The notes beneath the pieces were generated by a model. That model was not told where the DNA came from, did not search any database, and worked only from the letters and a program-made list of their open reading frames with translations. The translations under genes and the position numbers were made by a program. Of a stretch of DNA of 64,000 nucleotides, positions 19,749 to 28,450 are shown one piece after another. Source of the DNA: Salinivirgaceae bacterium (GTDB taxonomy: Bacteria > Bacteroidota > Bacteroidia > Bacteroidales > SZUA-534); contig JAFXQB010000006.1 in NCBI GenBank assembly GCA_017527435.1, positions 23,098 through 87,097 on the forward strand, read 5' to 3'. The number at the start of each line of letters is the position of its first letter. Positions within the stretch are counted from its first letter, which is position 1.

Positions 19749-21332
19749 ATGGCAACAAAAATTAAAAATGCACTCATATCGGTTTTTTACAAAGACCAGT
19801 TGGAACCGATTGTGAAGGAACTCGACAAACTGGGCGTTAATCTCATCTCGACTGGCGGGACCTACGATTTCATCAAAAAACTGGGCGTGAATGTGCAGAC
19901 CGTTGAGTCGCTCACCACTTACCCGTCGATTCTGGGCGGACGCGTGAAGACGCTGCACCCGAAGATTTTCGGCGGCATTCTGGGCCGTCGCGACAATGCG
20001 CAGGACAACGAGCAGATGAAGCAGTACGAGATTGACAACATCGACCTGGTGATTGTTGACCTTTACCCGTTTGAGCAGACCGTGGCAAGCGGCGCGCCCG
20101 AAGCCGACATCATCGAGAAGATTGACATTGGCGGCATATCGCTCATCCGCGCGGCTGCAAAGAATTTCAAAGACGTGGTTATCGTAAGTTCGCGTGAGCA
20201 ATACGGCGAGTTGCTCGAAATCCTGCAGAAACAGGGCGCCGAGACAACGCTTGAGCAGCGCCGCGAGTTCGCACGCAAGGCTTTCGACACATCGTCGCAC
20301 TACGACTCGGCCATCTTCAACTATTTCAACAAAGACAACGAAGAGTCGGAAAAAATCAGCCTGACTGGCGGCAAGGTGCTTCGCTACGGCGAGAACCCGC
20401 ACCAAAAAGCCGTCTTCTATCCGTTTAAGAACACCAATCTCGAGCACACGCTGGCAGGCTCACCCTGTCTGCAGGGCAAAGAGATTTCATACAACAATAT
20501 GCTCGACGCCGACGCCGCCTGGAAGGCCGCAAGCGACGCCTACAACGCTGTTGACAACATCAAGAACAAGGTTGGCGTGGCGGTTGTTAAGCACCTGAAC
20601 CCCTGCGGTCTGGCAGTGGCCGACAGCCCGATGAAAGCCCTTGAGTTGGCTTGGGCGGGCGACCCTGTGAGCGCCTACGGCGGCATTGTATGCTTCACCT
20701 GCGAGGTTGACAAGCAGATTGCCGAATGGTTCACTGGCAAGTTCATCGAGATAATCATCGCCCCTGCGTACACCGACGAGGCGAAAGAGGTTCTGGCAAA
20801 GAAGAAGAACCTGCGCGTGCTGGTAACGCCTGTCAAACCGACAATCACTGGCGAGAAAATGTACCGCTCGGTGAACGGCGGCCTGCTGGTTCAGGACGAG
20901 GACGAGGGAATGGACAAAGAGTACCGCCCTGTTACCGACTGCAAGTTCACCGACAAGCAGATTGACCTTGCAAAATTCGGCACACAGGCCTGCAAATACT
21001 TGAAGAGCAACTCAATGGCGCTTGTTTCGCAAGCCGCCGACGGGTCGTACTGGCTGACAGGCGCGGGAATGGGCCAACCCAACCGCATCGATAGTCTGCA
21101 ACGCCTGACAGTGCCGCGCTTCAACCTGAAACAAGGCTGCTCAATCGGCGAGAGCGTGCTCATCTCTGACGCGTTCTTCCCGTTCAGCGACAGCGTTGAG
21201 GCCTGCAACGAGTTCGGTATCAAGTACATTGTAACACCTGGCGGCAGCATCCACGACCCCGAGGTCATCGAGGCCTGCAACAAATACGGCATCGCAATGG
21301 TGTTCACAGGAATCAGACATTTTAAACACTAG
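19749..21332 (+). CDS. purH: Bifunctional AICAR formyltransferase / IMP cyclohydrolase
   Basis: ALISVFYKDQL..., GGILGRRD, RYGENPHQ, C-terminal FTGIRHFKH. ATG at 19749 (the track start is TTG). Confidence 0.96.
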   Translation: MATKIKNALISVFYKDQLEPIVKELDKLGVNLISTGGTYDFIKKLGVNVQTVESLTTYPSILGGRVKTLHPKIFGGILGRRDNAQDNEQMKQYEIDNIDLVIVDLYPFEQTVASGAPEADIIEKIDIGGISLIRAAAKNFKDVVIVSSREQYGELLEILQKQGAETTLEQRREFARKAFDTSSHYDSAIFNYFNKDNEESEKISLTGGKVLRYGENPHQKAVFYPFKNTNLEHTLAGSPCLQGKEISYNNMLDADAAWKAASDAYNAVDNIKNKVGVAVVKHLNPCGLAVADSPMKALELAWAGDPVSAYGGIVCFTCEVDKQIAEWFTGKFIEIIIAPAYTDEAKEVLAKKKNLRVLVTPVKPTITGEKMYRSVNGGLLVQDEDEGMDKEYRPVTDCKFTDKQIDLAKFGTQACKYLKSNSMALVSQAADGSYWLTGAGMGQPNRIDSLQRLTVPRFNLKQGCSIGESVLISDAFFPFSDSVEACNEFGIKYIVTPGGSIHDPEVIEACNKYGIAMVFTGIRHFKH

Positions 21333-21347
21333 AAAATAGATAGAACA

Positions 21348-22373
21348 ATGGGATTGTTTTCGTTTTTAACACAAGAACTTGCAATCGACCTTGGCACAGC
21401 CAATTCCATAATCATCCATAACGACAAGATTGTGGTTGACGAGCCGTCGATTGTGGCCGTTGACAACAACACACAAAAGGTGATTGCCATTGGCGAAAAG
21501 GCACGAATGATGCACGGCAAGACGCACGAGAACATCAAGACCATCCGCCCGCTGCGCGATGGTGTGATTGCCGACTTCGACGCTGCCGAGAAGATGATTC
21601 GCGGCCTTATCAGAATGGTGAACGAGAAGAAGACTCAACTTTTCTCGCCCGCTCTGAAAATCGTCATCTGCGTGCCGTCGGGCTCAACCGAGGTTGAGTT
21701 GCGTGCCGTGCGCGACTCGTCGGAACACGCTGGTGGCCGCGAGGTGCTGATGATTTACGAGCCGATGGCCGCCGCGCTTGGTATGGGCGTTGATGTTGAG
21801 GCGCCCGAGGGCCATATGGTTGTCGATATAGGCGGTGGTACCACCGAGATTGCCGTCATTTCGCTGGGCGGCATTGTGTCGAACGAGTCAATCCGCATTG
21901 CTGGCGATGAGTTCACGGAAGACATCCGCGAGTATATGCGCCATCAGCACAATATTAAGATTGGTGAGCGCACGGCCGAGGACATCAAAATCAAGGTTGG
22001 CTCGGCACTGCCCGACTTGGACGAGCCACCCGCAGACTACCTGGTTCGCGGACCGCACCAAATGACGGCCCTGCCGATTGAGATTCCAATCTCGTATCAG
22101 GAAATCGCTCACTGCCTTGACCGCTCTATCAGCAAGATTGAGACGGCCATTCTGGCAACACTTGAGCACACACCGCCCGAGTTGTACGCCGACATCTACC
22201 GCAAGGGCATCTTCCTTGCTGGCGGCGGCGCACTGCTGCGCGGATTGGACAAGCGTCTGACCGAGAAGACGAAGATTCCGTTCCACGTTGCCGAAGACCC
22301 GCTGCACTGCGTGGCACGCGGTACAGGCATCGCGCTGAAAAACTCGCACCGATTCAAATTCTTGATTAAATAA
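21348..22373 (+). CDS. mreB: Rod shape-determining protein MreB
   Basis: 341 aa of the actin-like ATPase family: LAIDLGTANS, VVDIGGGTTE, GIFLAGGGALLRGLD. Confidence 0.97.
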   Translation: MGLFSFLTQELAIDLGTANSIIIHNDKIVVDEPSIVAVDNNTQKVIAIGEKARMMHGKTHENIKTIRPLRDGVIADFDAAEKMIRGLIRMVNEKKTQLFSPALKIVICVPSGSTEVELRAVRDSSEHAGGREVLMIYEPMAAALGMGVDVEAPEGHMVVDIGGGTTEIAVISLGGIVSNESIRIAGDEFTEDIREYMRHQHNIKIGERTAEDIKIKVGSALPDLDEPPADYLVRGPHQMTALPIEIPISYQEIAHCLDRSISKIETAILATLEHTPPELYADIYRKGIFLAGGGALLRGLDKRLTEKTKIPFHVAEDPLHCVARGTGIALKNSHRFKFLIK

Positions 22374-22378
22374 TTAGC

Positions 22379-22416
22379 GATTGTGCCTGTCGGTTTCTGA
22401 TGGGCACAATCTTTTT
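22379..22416 (+). terminator. Hairpin plus T5 directly after mreB (intra-operon terminator/attenuator)
   Basis: gattgtgcc-N15-ggcacaatc, followed by ttttt. Confidence 0.6.
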
Positions 22417-22436
22417 GAAGGATTGAAGGATTGAAT
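22417..22436 (+). repeat. Tandem word GAAGGATTGAA x2
   Basis: gaaggattgaaggattgaat. The same word occurs three times at 43545-43579. Confidence 0.8.
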
Positions 22437-22466
22437 AGGGTATGATTTAGAAATTTGGTGCACGCC

Positions 22467-22494
22467 GTAGAGACGTGGCGCGCCGCGTCTCTAC
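22467..22494 (+). repeat. REP-like 28-nt palindromic hairpin element, copy 2
   Basis: GTAGAGACGTGGCGCGCCGCGTCTCTAC. Identical, including the flanks cc...aaac, to the copy at 30979. Confidence 0.9.
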
Positions 22495-22497
22495 AAA

Positions 22498-22554
22498 CGA
22501 TTCACCAATTAAACCTTTCACCGATTCACCAATTAAACGATTCACCGATTAAAC
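22498..22554 (+). repeat. Tandem array of the word GATTCACC(A/G)ATTAAAC ending 6 nt before the mreC ATG
   Basis: cgattcaccaattaaac / ctttcaccgattcaccaattaaac / gattcaccgattaaac. Confidence 0.85.
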
Positions 22555-22560
22555 AGATAA

Positions 22561-23391
22561 ATGAAAAACCTGATTCTGTTCATATTGCGAAACCATTACG
22601 TGCTGCTCTTCATACTGCTTGAGAGCGTGTCGTTTGTGATGGTTGTGCGCTACAACAGTTACCAACACACGAGTTTCATCAACTCGTCGGCGGCGGTGGC
22701 GGGGCGTGTGAACACGGTCTTCTCATCGGTGAACAACTACTTGAGTCTGAACCAACGCAATCAGGAACTGAACAACGAACTGGCGCGGCTGCGCACAATG
22801 ATGCCCGAAAGTTCGAAAATCGACACGCTGGCCGCGCAGACGGCTTTCGACTCGGTTTACACGCAGCAGTATGAGTATCTGCCGTGCCGCGTCATCAGCA
22901 ACTCGGTGAAGAGCGCCAACAACTTTCTGACACTCGACATTGGCAGCAAGCACGGCGTTGAGCCTGGAATGGCGGTGGTGTCGGCAATGGGCGCGGTGGG
23001 CGTTGTCAAGGCTGTGTCGCCCAATTTTTCGTCGGTCATCAGCCTGCTGAACCAAAACCTGAAAATCAGCGCAATGCTCGAGAAGAGCGGCTACTTTGGC
23101 TCGCTGGGCTGGGAAGGCGGCGACTACCGCGTTGCCAACCTTGAGGACCTGCCTGGGCACATCACGGTGCGGAAAGGCGACGTGGTGATTACGAGCGGCT
23201 ATTCGACCATCTTCCCGAAAGGGGTGATGATTGGCGAGGTTGAATCGGTGACGGCGCACGGCGTGAACGGCTTTATGTCGGCAAGTGTGCGGCTATCGGT
23301 CGATTTCAAACGGCTGTCGAACGTGCAGGTGGTGCGCAATCTGCTGAAAGAGGAACAGTTGGAACTACAGGAAATGTCGGAAAATGAATAA
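22561..23391 (+). CDS. mreC: Rod shape-determining protein MreC
   Basis: 276 aa with an N-terminal TM helix, a coiled coil, and beta domains (GMAVVSAMGAVGVVKAV, VITSGYSTIFPKGVMIGEV). Confidence 0.9.
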   Translation: MKNLILFILRNHYVLLFILLESVSFVMVVRYNSYQHTSFINSSAAVAGRVNTVFSSVNNYLSLNQRNQELNNELARLRTMMPESSKIDTLAAQTAFDSVYTQQYEYLPCRVISNSVKSANNFLTLDIGSKHGVEPGMAVVSAMGAVGVVKAVSPNFSSVISLLNQNLKISAMLEKSGYFGSLGWEGGDYRVANLEDLPGHITVRKGDVVITSGYSTIFPKGVMIGEVESVTAHGVNGFMSASVRLSVDFKRLSNVQVVRNLLKEEQLELQEMSENE

Positions 23392-23896
23392 CGTGCTGAT
23401 ACGAAATATTATCCGTTTTGTGGTGCTGGTGCTGCTTCAGGTGGGCGTGCTGAATCAGGTTCAACTGGGCGGCTTCATCAACCCCTATCTCTACATTCTG
23501 TTTGTGATTATGCTGCCGTTCGGCACGCCTGGCTGGCTGACGCTCGTGCTCTCGTTCGCGCTGGGATTGAGCGTTGATATGTTCTGCAACTCGCCTGGCA
23601 TTCACACGTCGGCGACGGTGTTTGCGGGCTTTCTGCGCCCCTATATGCTCGGCTCGCTGATGCCGCGCGAGACTGTTGAGCCGACCGACACACCCAACAT
23701 CCGCATTTTTGGCGCGGGCTGGTTTGTGAAATACAGCCTGACGGTGGTGCTCGTCCATCACGTTTTCCTGTTTGTGGTTGAGGCGTTCAAATTCAGCAGT
23801 CTGCACCTGATTCTGTGGCGCGCTCTGTTGAGCATCGTCTTCACAATGCTGCTTATCATTTTGAGTCAATTTCTGTTCACACGTAGCAACAAATGA
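23384..23896 (+). CDS. mreD: Rod shape-determining protein MreD
   Basis: 170-aa polytopic membrane protein. Overlaps mreC by 8 nt and mrdA by 4 nt, the canonical position. Confidence 0.85.
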   Translation: MNNVLIRNIIRFVVLVLLQVGVLNQVQLGGFINPYLYILFVIMLPFGTPGWLTLVLSFALGLSVDMFCNSPGIHTSATVFAGFLRPYMLGSLMPRETVEPTDTPNIRIFGAGWFVKYSLTVVLVHHVFLFVVEAFKFSSLHLILWRALLSIVFTMLLIILSQFLFTRSNK

Positions 23897-25728
23897 ACCC
23901 GTTCCGTCAGCGATGTTTCGTGGTAGGTGGTTTGTTTGCTTTAATCATTCTCATCTACATAGGCCGATTGTTCTTTCTTCAGGTGGTTGACCAATCGTAT
24001 AAGATGTCGGCTTCGAACAACGTGCTGCGCTATGTGACGCAATATCCCGCCCGCGGCCTGATGTACGACCGCAACGGCGTGCTTCTGGTGCACAATCAGG
24101 CGGCCTACGACCTGATGGTGACGCCCAACCAACTGCACGAGTTCGACACGGCGCTGTTCTGCCAACTTCTGGGCATCGACAAAGAGCAGGTTGACAAGCG
24201 TCTGCGCAAAGCGAAACGCTACTCTTACTATAAATCGTCGGTTTTTCTTGAGCAGATTTCGGCCGAGCAGTACGGCGCTTTTCAAGAGAATCTGTACCAA
24301 TTCAAGGGCTTCTACGCTCAAACGCGAAGCCTGCGCATCTATCCGCACAACATTGCCGCGCACACGTTCGGCTATGTGGGCGAGGTTGACGACAAGACGG
24401 CGCAGAACGACAGTTACTACAAGTCGGGCGACTACATCGGCATCAGCGGCGTGGAAAGAATGTATGAGGAACAACTGCGCGGCAAGAAGGGCGTCGAGAT
24501 TTTTATGGTGGACGTGCACAACCGCATCAAGGGACAATACAAAAACGGCATTTACGACACTCTGGCTGTCAACGGCCACGACATAACACTCACGCTCGAC
24601 GCCCGCCTGCAAGAGTACGGCGAGCGCCTGATGCAGAACAAGATTGGCTCGATTGTGGCCATTGAACCCGCCACGGGCGAGATTCTGGCCATTGTTTCGG
24701 CCCCGACCTACGACCCTGGGCTGCTTGTGGGGCGCGAGCGTTCGGCCAACTACAAGCAACTGCGCGCCGACTCGCTGAACCCGCTCTTCTGCCGTCCGCT
24801 GCAGGCGCGCTATCCGCCTGGCTCGACATTCAAGACGGTGAACGCGCTCATCGGCCTTCAAGAGGGAATCATCAACGGACTGTACACCTACTATCCGTGC
24901 CACTACGGCTACACGGTGGGGCGGTTTCATATGGGCTGCCACGGGCACGAGAGTCCGCTCAACGTGGTTTCGGCCCTGCAGCACTCGTGCAACGCGTTTT
25001 TTGCGGCCGAGTACCGCGCGCTGCTCGACAATCCGAAATATCAGACCATCGACAGCGCCTTCACCGTTTGGCGCAACCACGCCACATCGTTCGGCTTTGG
25101 CTCGAAGTTGGGCGTTGACCTGCCATACGAAGTGGCTGGCTACGTGCCCACATTGAGTTTCTACAACCGCACCTACGGCAAGGGTCGCCTGAAATCGCTC
25201 TACATTGTGTCGAACTCAATCGGTCAGGGCGAGTTACTGCTCACGCCTGTGCAGATGGCCAATCTGGCATCGACCATCGCCAACCAAGGCCGCTACTTCA
25301 CGCCGCACATTGTGAAAGAGATTCGCGAAGGCGACAACAGCATTCTTGACCGCTTCCGCGAGCCGCACTACACCGACATCGACACAACCTACTTCCCGAT
25401 TATAATCGAGGGAATGTACCGCGCTGTGAACTCGCCCAAGGGCGGCACGGCTGGTGTGGCTGCCATCCGCGGAATCGACGTGTGCGGAAAGACTGGTACG
25501 GCTCAAAACCCGCACGGCAAGGACCACTCGATTTTTATGGCCTTCGCCCCGCGCGAGAATCCGCAGATTGCCATCGCAGTGTATGTTGAGAACGCTGGTT
25601 TCGGCGCTTCGTATGCGGCGCCCATCGCAAGCCTGATGATTGAACGCTATCTGACCGACACTGTGACGCGGCCGTGGCTCGAAAAACGAATGTTATCAAT
25701 GGATTTAATCAATGGAACAACGAGGTAG
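23893..25728 (+). CDS. mrdA: Penicillin-binding protein 2 (elongasome transpeptidase)
   Basis: STFK (GSTFKTVNA), SCN and KTGT motifs, with an N-terminal TM anchor. Confidence 0.95.
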   Translation: MNPFRQRCFVVGGLFALIILIYIGRLFFLQVVDQSYKMSASNNVLRYVTQYPARGLMYDRNGVLLVHNQAAYDLMVTPNQLHEFDTALFCQLLGIDKEQVDKRLRKAKRYSYYKSSVFLEQISAEQYGAFQENLYQFKGFYAQTRSLRIYPHNIAAHTFGYVGEVDDKTAQNDSYYKSGDYIGISGVERMYEEQLRGKKGVEIFMVDVHNRIKGQYKNGIYDTLAVNGHDITLTLDARLQEYGERLMQNKIGSIVAIEPATGEILAIVSAPTYDPGLLVGRERSANYKQLRADSLNPLFCRPLQARYPPGSTFKTVNALIGLQEGIINGLYTYYPCHYGYTVGRFHMGCHGHESPLNVVSALQHSCNAFFAAEYRALLDNPKYQTIDSAFTVWRNHATSFGFGSKLGVDLPYEVAGYVPTLSFYNRTYGKGRLKSLYIVSNSIGQGELLLTPVQMANLASTIANQGRYFTPHIVKEIREGDNSILDRFREPHYTDIDTTYFPIIIEGMYRAVNSPKGGTAGVAAIRGIDVCGKTGTAQNPHGKDHSIFMAFAPRENPQIAIAVYVENAGFGASYAAPIASLMIERYLTDTVTRPWLEKRMLSMDLINGTTR

Positions 25729-27136
25729 CAGCATATTGCAAAACATCGACTGGTTCACGGTGATACTCTATCTGGTGCTCATCACCCTGGGCTGGTTCAA
25801 CATCTACTCGGCGTCGTACTCGGCCGACCACGCAAGTTTCAGTATGGCAACGCGTTACGGCCGTCAGATGATTTGGATTGGCGCGGCGGTGGTCATCGCC
25901 ATTGTGGTGCTGGTCATCGACAGCAAGTTCTACTCAACGTTTGCCGAACTCATCTACGGCGCGCTGATGCTCATTCTGCTCTCGGTACTGCTCTTCGGCT
26001 CGACGGTGAACGGCGCCAAAGCGTGGATTGTGCTGGGCCCCATTCAGGTGCAGCCTGCCGAGTTCGCCAAAATAGCGGCATCGCTCACGCTGGCAAAATA
26101 TATGTCGCGCTACCATTTCAGGCCCGAGAGTTTCAAGTCGATGATGATTGTTTTCGGCATCTGCTTTCTGCCGTCGGCGTTCATTCTGCTGCAGAACGAC
26201 ACGGGCTCGGCGCTGGTGTTCGCGGCTCTGCTGATTGCCTATTTCCGCGAGGGAATGAAGCCGATTCTGTTCATTCTTGGGCTGCTGATGGCGCTGCTGT
26301 TTGTGCTGTCGCTGCTGTTTGAGTTGCACATTATTCTGATTGTAATTGAGGCGCTGGCGTTTGTGGCGTTCTTTGTGCTTCGCGATAATCACAAAGAGTT
26401 GGGAATCAGTTTCCTGATACTGCTTGTAACCACCGCCGCTGCTTTCGGTCTGTGCCGATGGCTTGCGCCGCAGTGGCCGAAATACGTGCCGTTGCTCATC
26501 GGTTTCGGGCTGGCCATTCCGTACTATCTCTACTACACCTATCGCCACAAACTGGGCAAGATTGCGGCCGTCATCGGCATTGCCGTGGCTTCAATCGGCT
26601 TCACTTTCTCGGTGGGATATTTCTTCGACAACGTGCTGGCCGCTCACCAACGTGCCCGCATCAACCACCTGCTGGGCATCGAGGTTGACCTTCAGGGCGC
26701 AGGCTACAATGTGAACCAATCGATGATTGCCATCGGCTCGGGCGGCCTGACGGGCAAGGGCTATCTGCAAGGCACGCAGACCAAATTCAAGTTCGTGCCC
26801 GAGCAGAGCACCGACTTCATCTTCTGCACCATTGGCGAGGAATGGGGCTTTATGGGCACCACGCTGCTGCTTCTTCTGTTCCTGACGCTGCTTGTGCGGC
26901 TCTTGGTGCTGGCCGAACGGCAGAAATCGAAGTTCAGCCGCATCTACGGCTATTGCGTGGCGTCGATATTCTTCTTCCACATTGCGGTGAACGTCGGGAT
27001 GACCATCGGCATTGCGCCCGTCATCGGCATTCCGCTGCCGTTCTTCAGTTACGGTGGCTCATCGCTCTGGGGCTTCACAATGCTGCTGTTCATCTTCCTG
27101 AAGTTGGATTGCAATAGGATGGAACTTATTACTTGA
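25712..27136 (+). CDS. rodA: Rod shape-determining protein RodA (SEDS family)
   Basis: 474-aa polytopic protein with the FtsW/RodA signature (PAEFAKI, VPEQSTDFIF, GIPLPFFSYGGSS). Confidence 0.93.
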   Translation: MEQRGSSILQNIDWFTVILYLVLITLGWFNIYSASYSADHASFSMATRYGRQMIWIGAAVVIAIVVLVIDSKFYSTFAELIYGALMLILLSVLLFGSTVNGAKAWIVLGPIQVQPAEFAKIAASLTLAKYMSRYHFRPESFKSMMIVFGICFLPSAFILLQNDTGSALVFAALLIAYFREGMKPILFILGLLMALLFVLSLLFELHIILIVIEALAFVAFFVLRDNHKELGISFLILLVTTAAAFGLCRWLAPQWPKYVPLLIGFGLAIPYYLYYTYRHKLGKIAAVIGIAVASIGFTFSVGYFFDNVLAAHQRARINHLLGIEVDLQGAGYNVNQSMIAIGSGGLTGKGYLQGTQTKFKFVPEQSTDFIFCTIGEEWGFMGTTLLLLLFLTLLVRLLVLAERQKSKFSRIYGYCVASIFFFHIAVNVGMTIGIAPVIGIPLPFFSYGGSSLWGFTMLLFIFLKLDCNRMELIT

Positions 27137-27162
27137 TAGTTAGGAGTTATGAGTTGGAAATA

Positions 27163-27198
27163 GAATGTTGAGAAAGTTTAGAATGTTGAGAAAGTTTA
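27163..27198 (+). repeat. Tandem duplication (period 18) of the word GAATGTTGAGAAAGTTTA
   Basis: Two exact copies at 27163-27180 and 27181-27198. Each contains gttgagaaagtt, which is the reverse complement of aactttctcaac at 27230-27241. Confidence 0.85.
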
Positions 27199-27210
27199 GA
27201 TATTAGAAAA

Positions 27211-27259
27211 CTCAACAGCGAAGCGACTCAACTTTCTCAACAGCGAAGCGACTCAACTT
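27211..27259 (+). repeat. Tandem duplication (period 25) of the word CTCAACAGCGAAGCGACTCAACTT
   Basis: Copies at 27211-27234 and 27236-27259. Related single copies lie at 31068-31090 and 43597-43619. Confidence 0.85.
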
Positions 27260-27298
27260 TTAAACGATTCACCGATTAAACAATTAAACAAAAATACA

Positions 27299-28411
27299 AT
27301 GGTACTACCTGAACAACAAAAAGACCTTATCAGCCGCGTTGAGGCGCTGCGCAAGCATCTCGACATTGACAGCCGCCTTGTGGAACTCGACGAGGAGCAG
27401 CAGAAAAGTCAGGCGCCCGACTTCTGGGACGACCCCAAAAAGGCGGAGGCGCAACTGAAGAAAATCAACGGCATCAAGAGTTGGATTGCCTGCTACAACG
27501 ACGCCAAATCGGCCACCGACGACCTTCAGGTGCTGATGGATTTCTACGCTTTGGGCGAGAGCACCGAGGAGGAAGTTGACGCGCAATACGCCGCGGCTTT
27601 GGAAAAAGTGGAGTCGGCCGAATCGCGCAATATGCTTCGCCGCGAGGAGGACAAGATGAGCGCCATTGTGAAACTGAACGCGGGCGCGGGCGGCACCGAG
27701 AGTCAGGACTGGACCGAGATGCTGATGCGAATGTATATCCGCTGGGGCGAGAAAAACGGCTACAAGGTGCGCGAGCAGAACTTCCTGCCTGGCGATGAGG
27801 CTGGCGTGAAAACCGTCACTCTGGAGTTCGAGGGCGAGTACGCCTACGGCTACCTGAAGAGCGAGAACGGTGTGCACCGCCTGGTGCGCATATCGCCCTT
27901 CAACGCGCAGGGCAAGCGGCAGACATCGTTCTCATCGGTGTTTGTAACGCCGTCAATCGACGACGATATTGAGATAAACATCAACCCCGCCAACCTGTCG
28001 TGGGACACCTTCCGCTCAAGCGGCGCTGGCGGTCAGAACGTGAACAAGGTGGAGTCGGGCGTGCGCCTGCACTACAAGTTCAAAAACCCTGTCACTGGCG
28101 AGGACGACGAGATTTCAATCGAGAACACCGAAACCCGCGACCAACCAAAGAACCGTGAGAACGCCCTGCGACTGCTCAAATCGCAACTCTACAATCTGGA
28201 GTTGGAGAAGCGCCGCATCGAGACCAACAAAGTTGAGGCTGGCAAGAAGAAAATCGAGTGGGGCTCGCAAATCCGCTCATACGTGCTGCACCCCTACAAA
28301 CTGGTGAAAGACGTGCGCACAGGCTACGAGACATCGAACGTGCAGGCCGTCTTGGATGGCGAACTCAACGATTTCATCAAGGCTTATCTGATGGAGTTTG
28401 GGGATGAGTGA
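27299..28411 (+). CDS. prfB: Peptide chain release factor 2 (single uninterrupted ORF, no programmed frameshift)
   Basis: SPF tripeptide (RISPFNAQ) and GGQ (SSGAGGQNVNK). At the position of the usual frameshift site the sequence is cat ctc gac, with no in-frame stop. Confidence 0.95.
   Translation: MVLPEQQKDLISRVEALRKHLDIDSRLVELDEEQQKSQAPDFWDDPKKAEAQLKKINGIKSWIACYNDAKSATDDLQVLMDFYALGESTEEEVDAQYAAALEKVESAESRNMLRREEDKMSAIVKLNAGAGGTESQDWTEMLMRMYIRWGEKNGYKVREQNFLPGDEAGVKTVTLEFEGEYAYGYLKSENGVHRLVRISPFNAQGKRQTSFSSVFVTPSIDDDIEININPANLSWDTFRSSGAGGQNVNKVESGVRLHYKFKNPVTGEDDEISIENTETRDQPKNRENALRLLKSQLYNLELEKRRIETNKVEAGKKKIEWGSQIRSYVLHPYKLVKDVRTGYETSNVQAVLDGELNDFIKAYLMEFGDE
28233..28411 (+). repeat. Direct repeat copy A (last 179 nt of prfB); partner at 29545-29722
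   Basis: Hand alignment: 17 identical nt, a 13- versus 12-nt scrambled patch, then 149 nt with 3 substitutions plus a tga/tag stop difference. Confidence 0.9.
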
Positions 28412-28450
28412 TGTAAGTTTAGGTATAAGGCAAAGTTAATAGATAATAGA

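Noticed and set aside
23941-25080. Long antisense ORFs in the GC-rich part of the window. Examples are 19656-20447, 23941-25080, 25934-26548, 27305-27877, 30357-30875, 41330-42697, 44188-44868, 54236-55411, 55751-57040 and 62267-62770.
   Set aside because: Each lies entirely opposite a gene with strong family motifs (purH, mrdA, rodA, prfB, queC, OMP, dehydrogenase, DUF2723, leuS). Their R/A/G/V-rich, low-complexity translations are typical shadow ORFs of GC3-rich coding sequence.
27163-27259. CRISPR-like appearance of the tandem repeats here and at 22498-22554.
   Set aside because: The repeats are directly adjacent (periods 18 and 25 nt) with no unique spacers, there are only 2-3 units, and no cas genes are present.
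27299-27400. Programmed +1 frameshift site in prfB (the CUU UGA type expected in many bacteria).
   Set aside because: The ORF is continuous from the ATG at 27299. At the homologous position (…LRKHL|DID…) the DNA reads cat ctc gac, with no in-frame stop.
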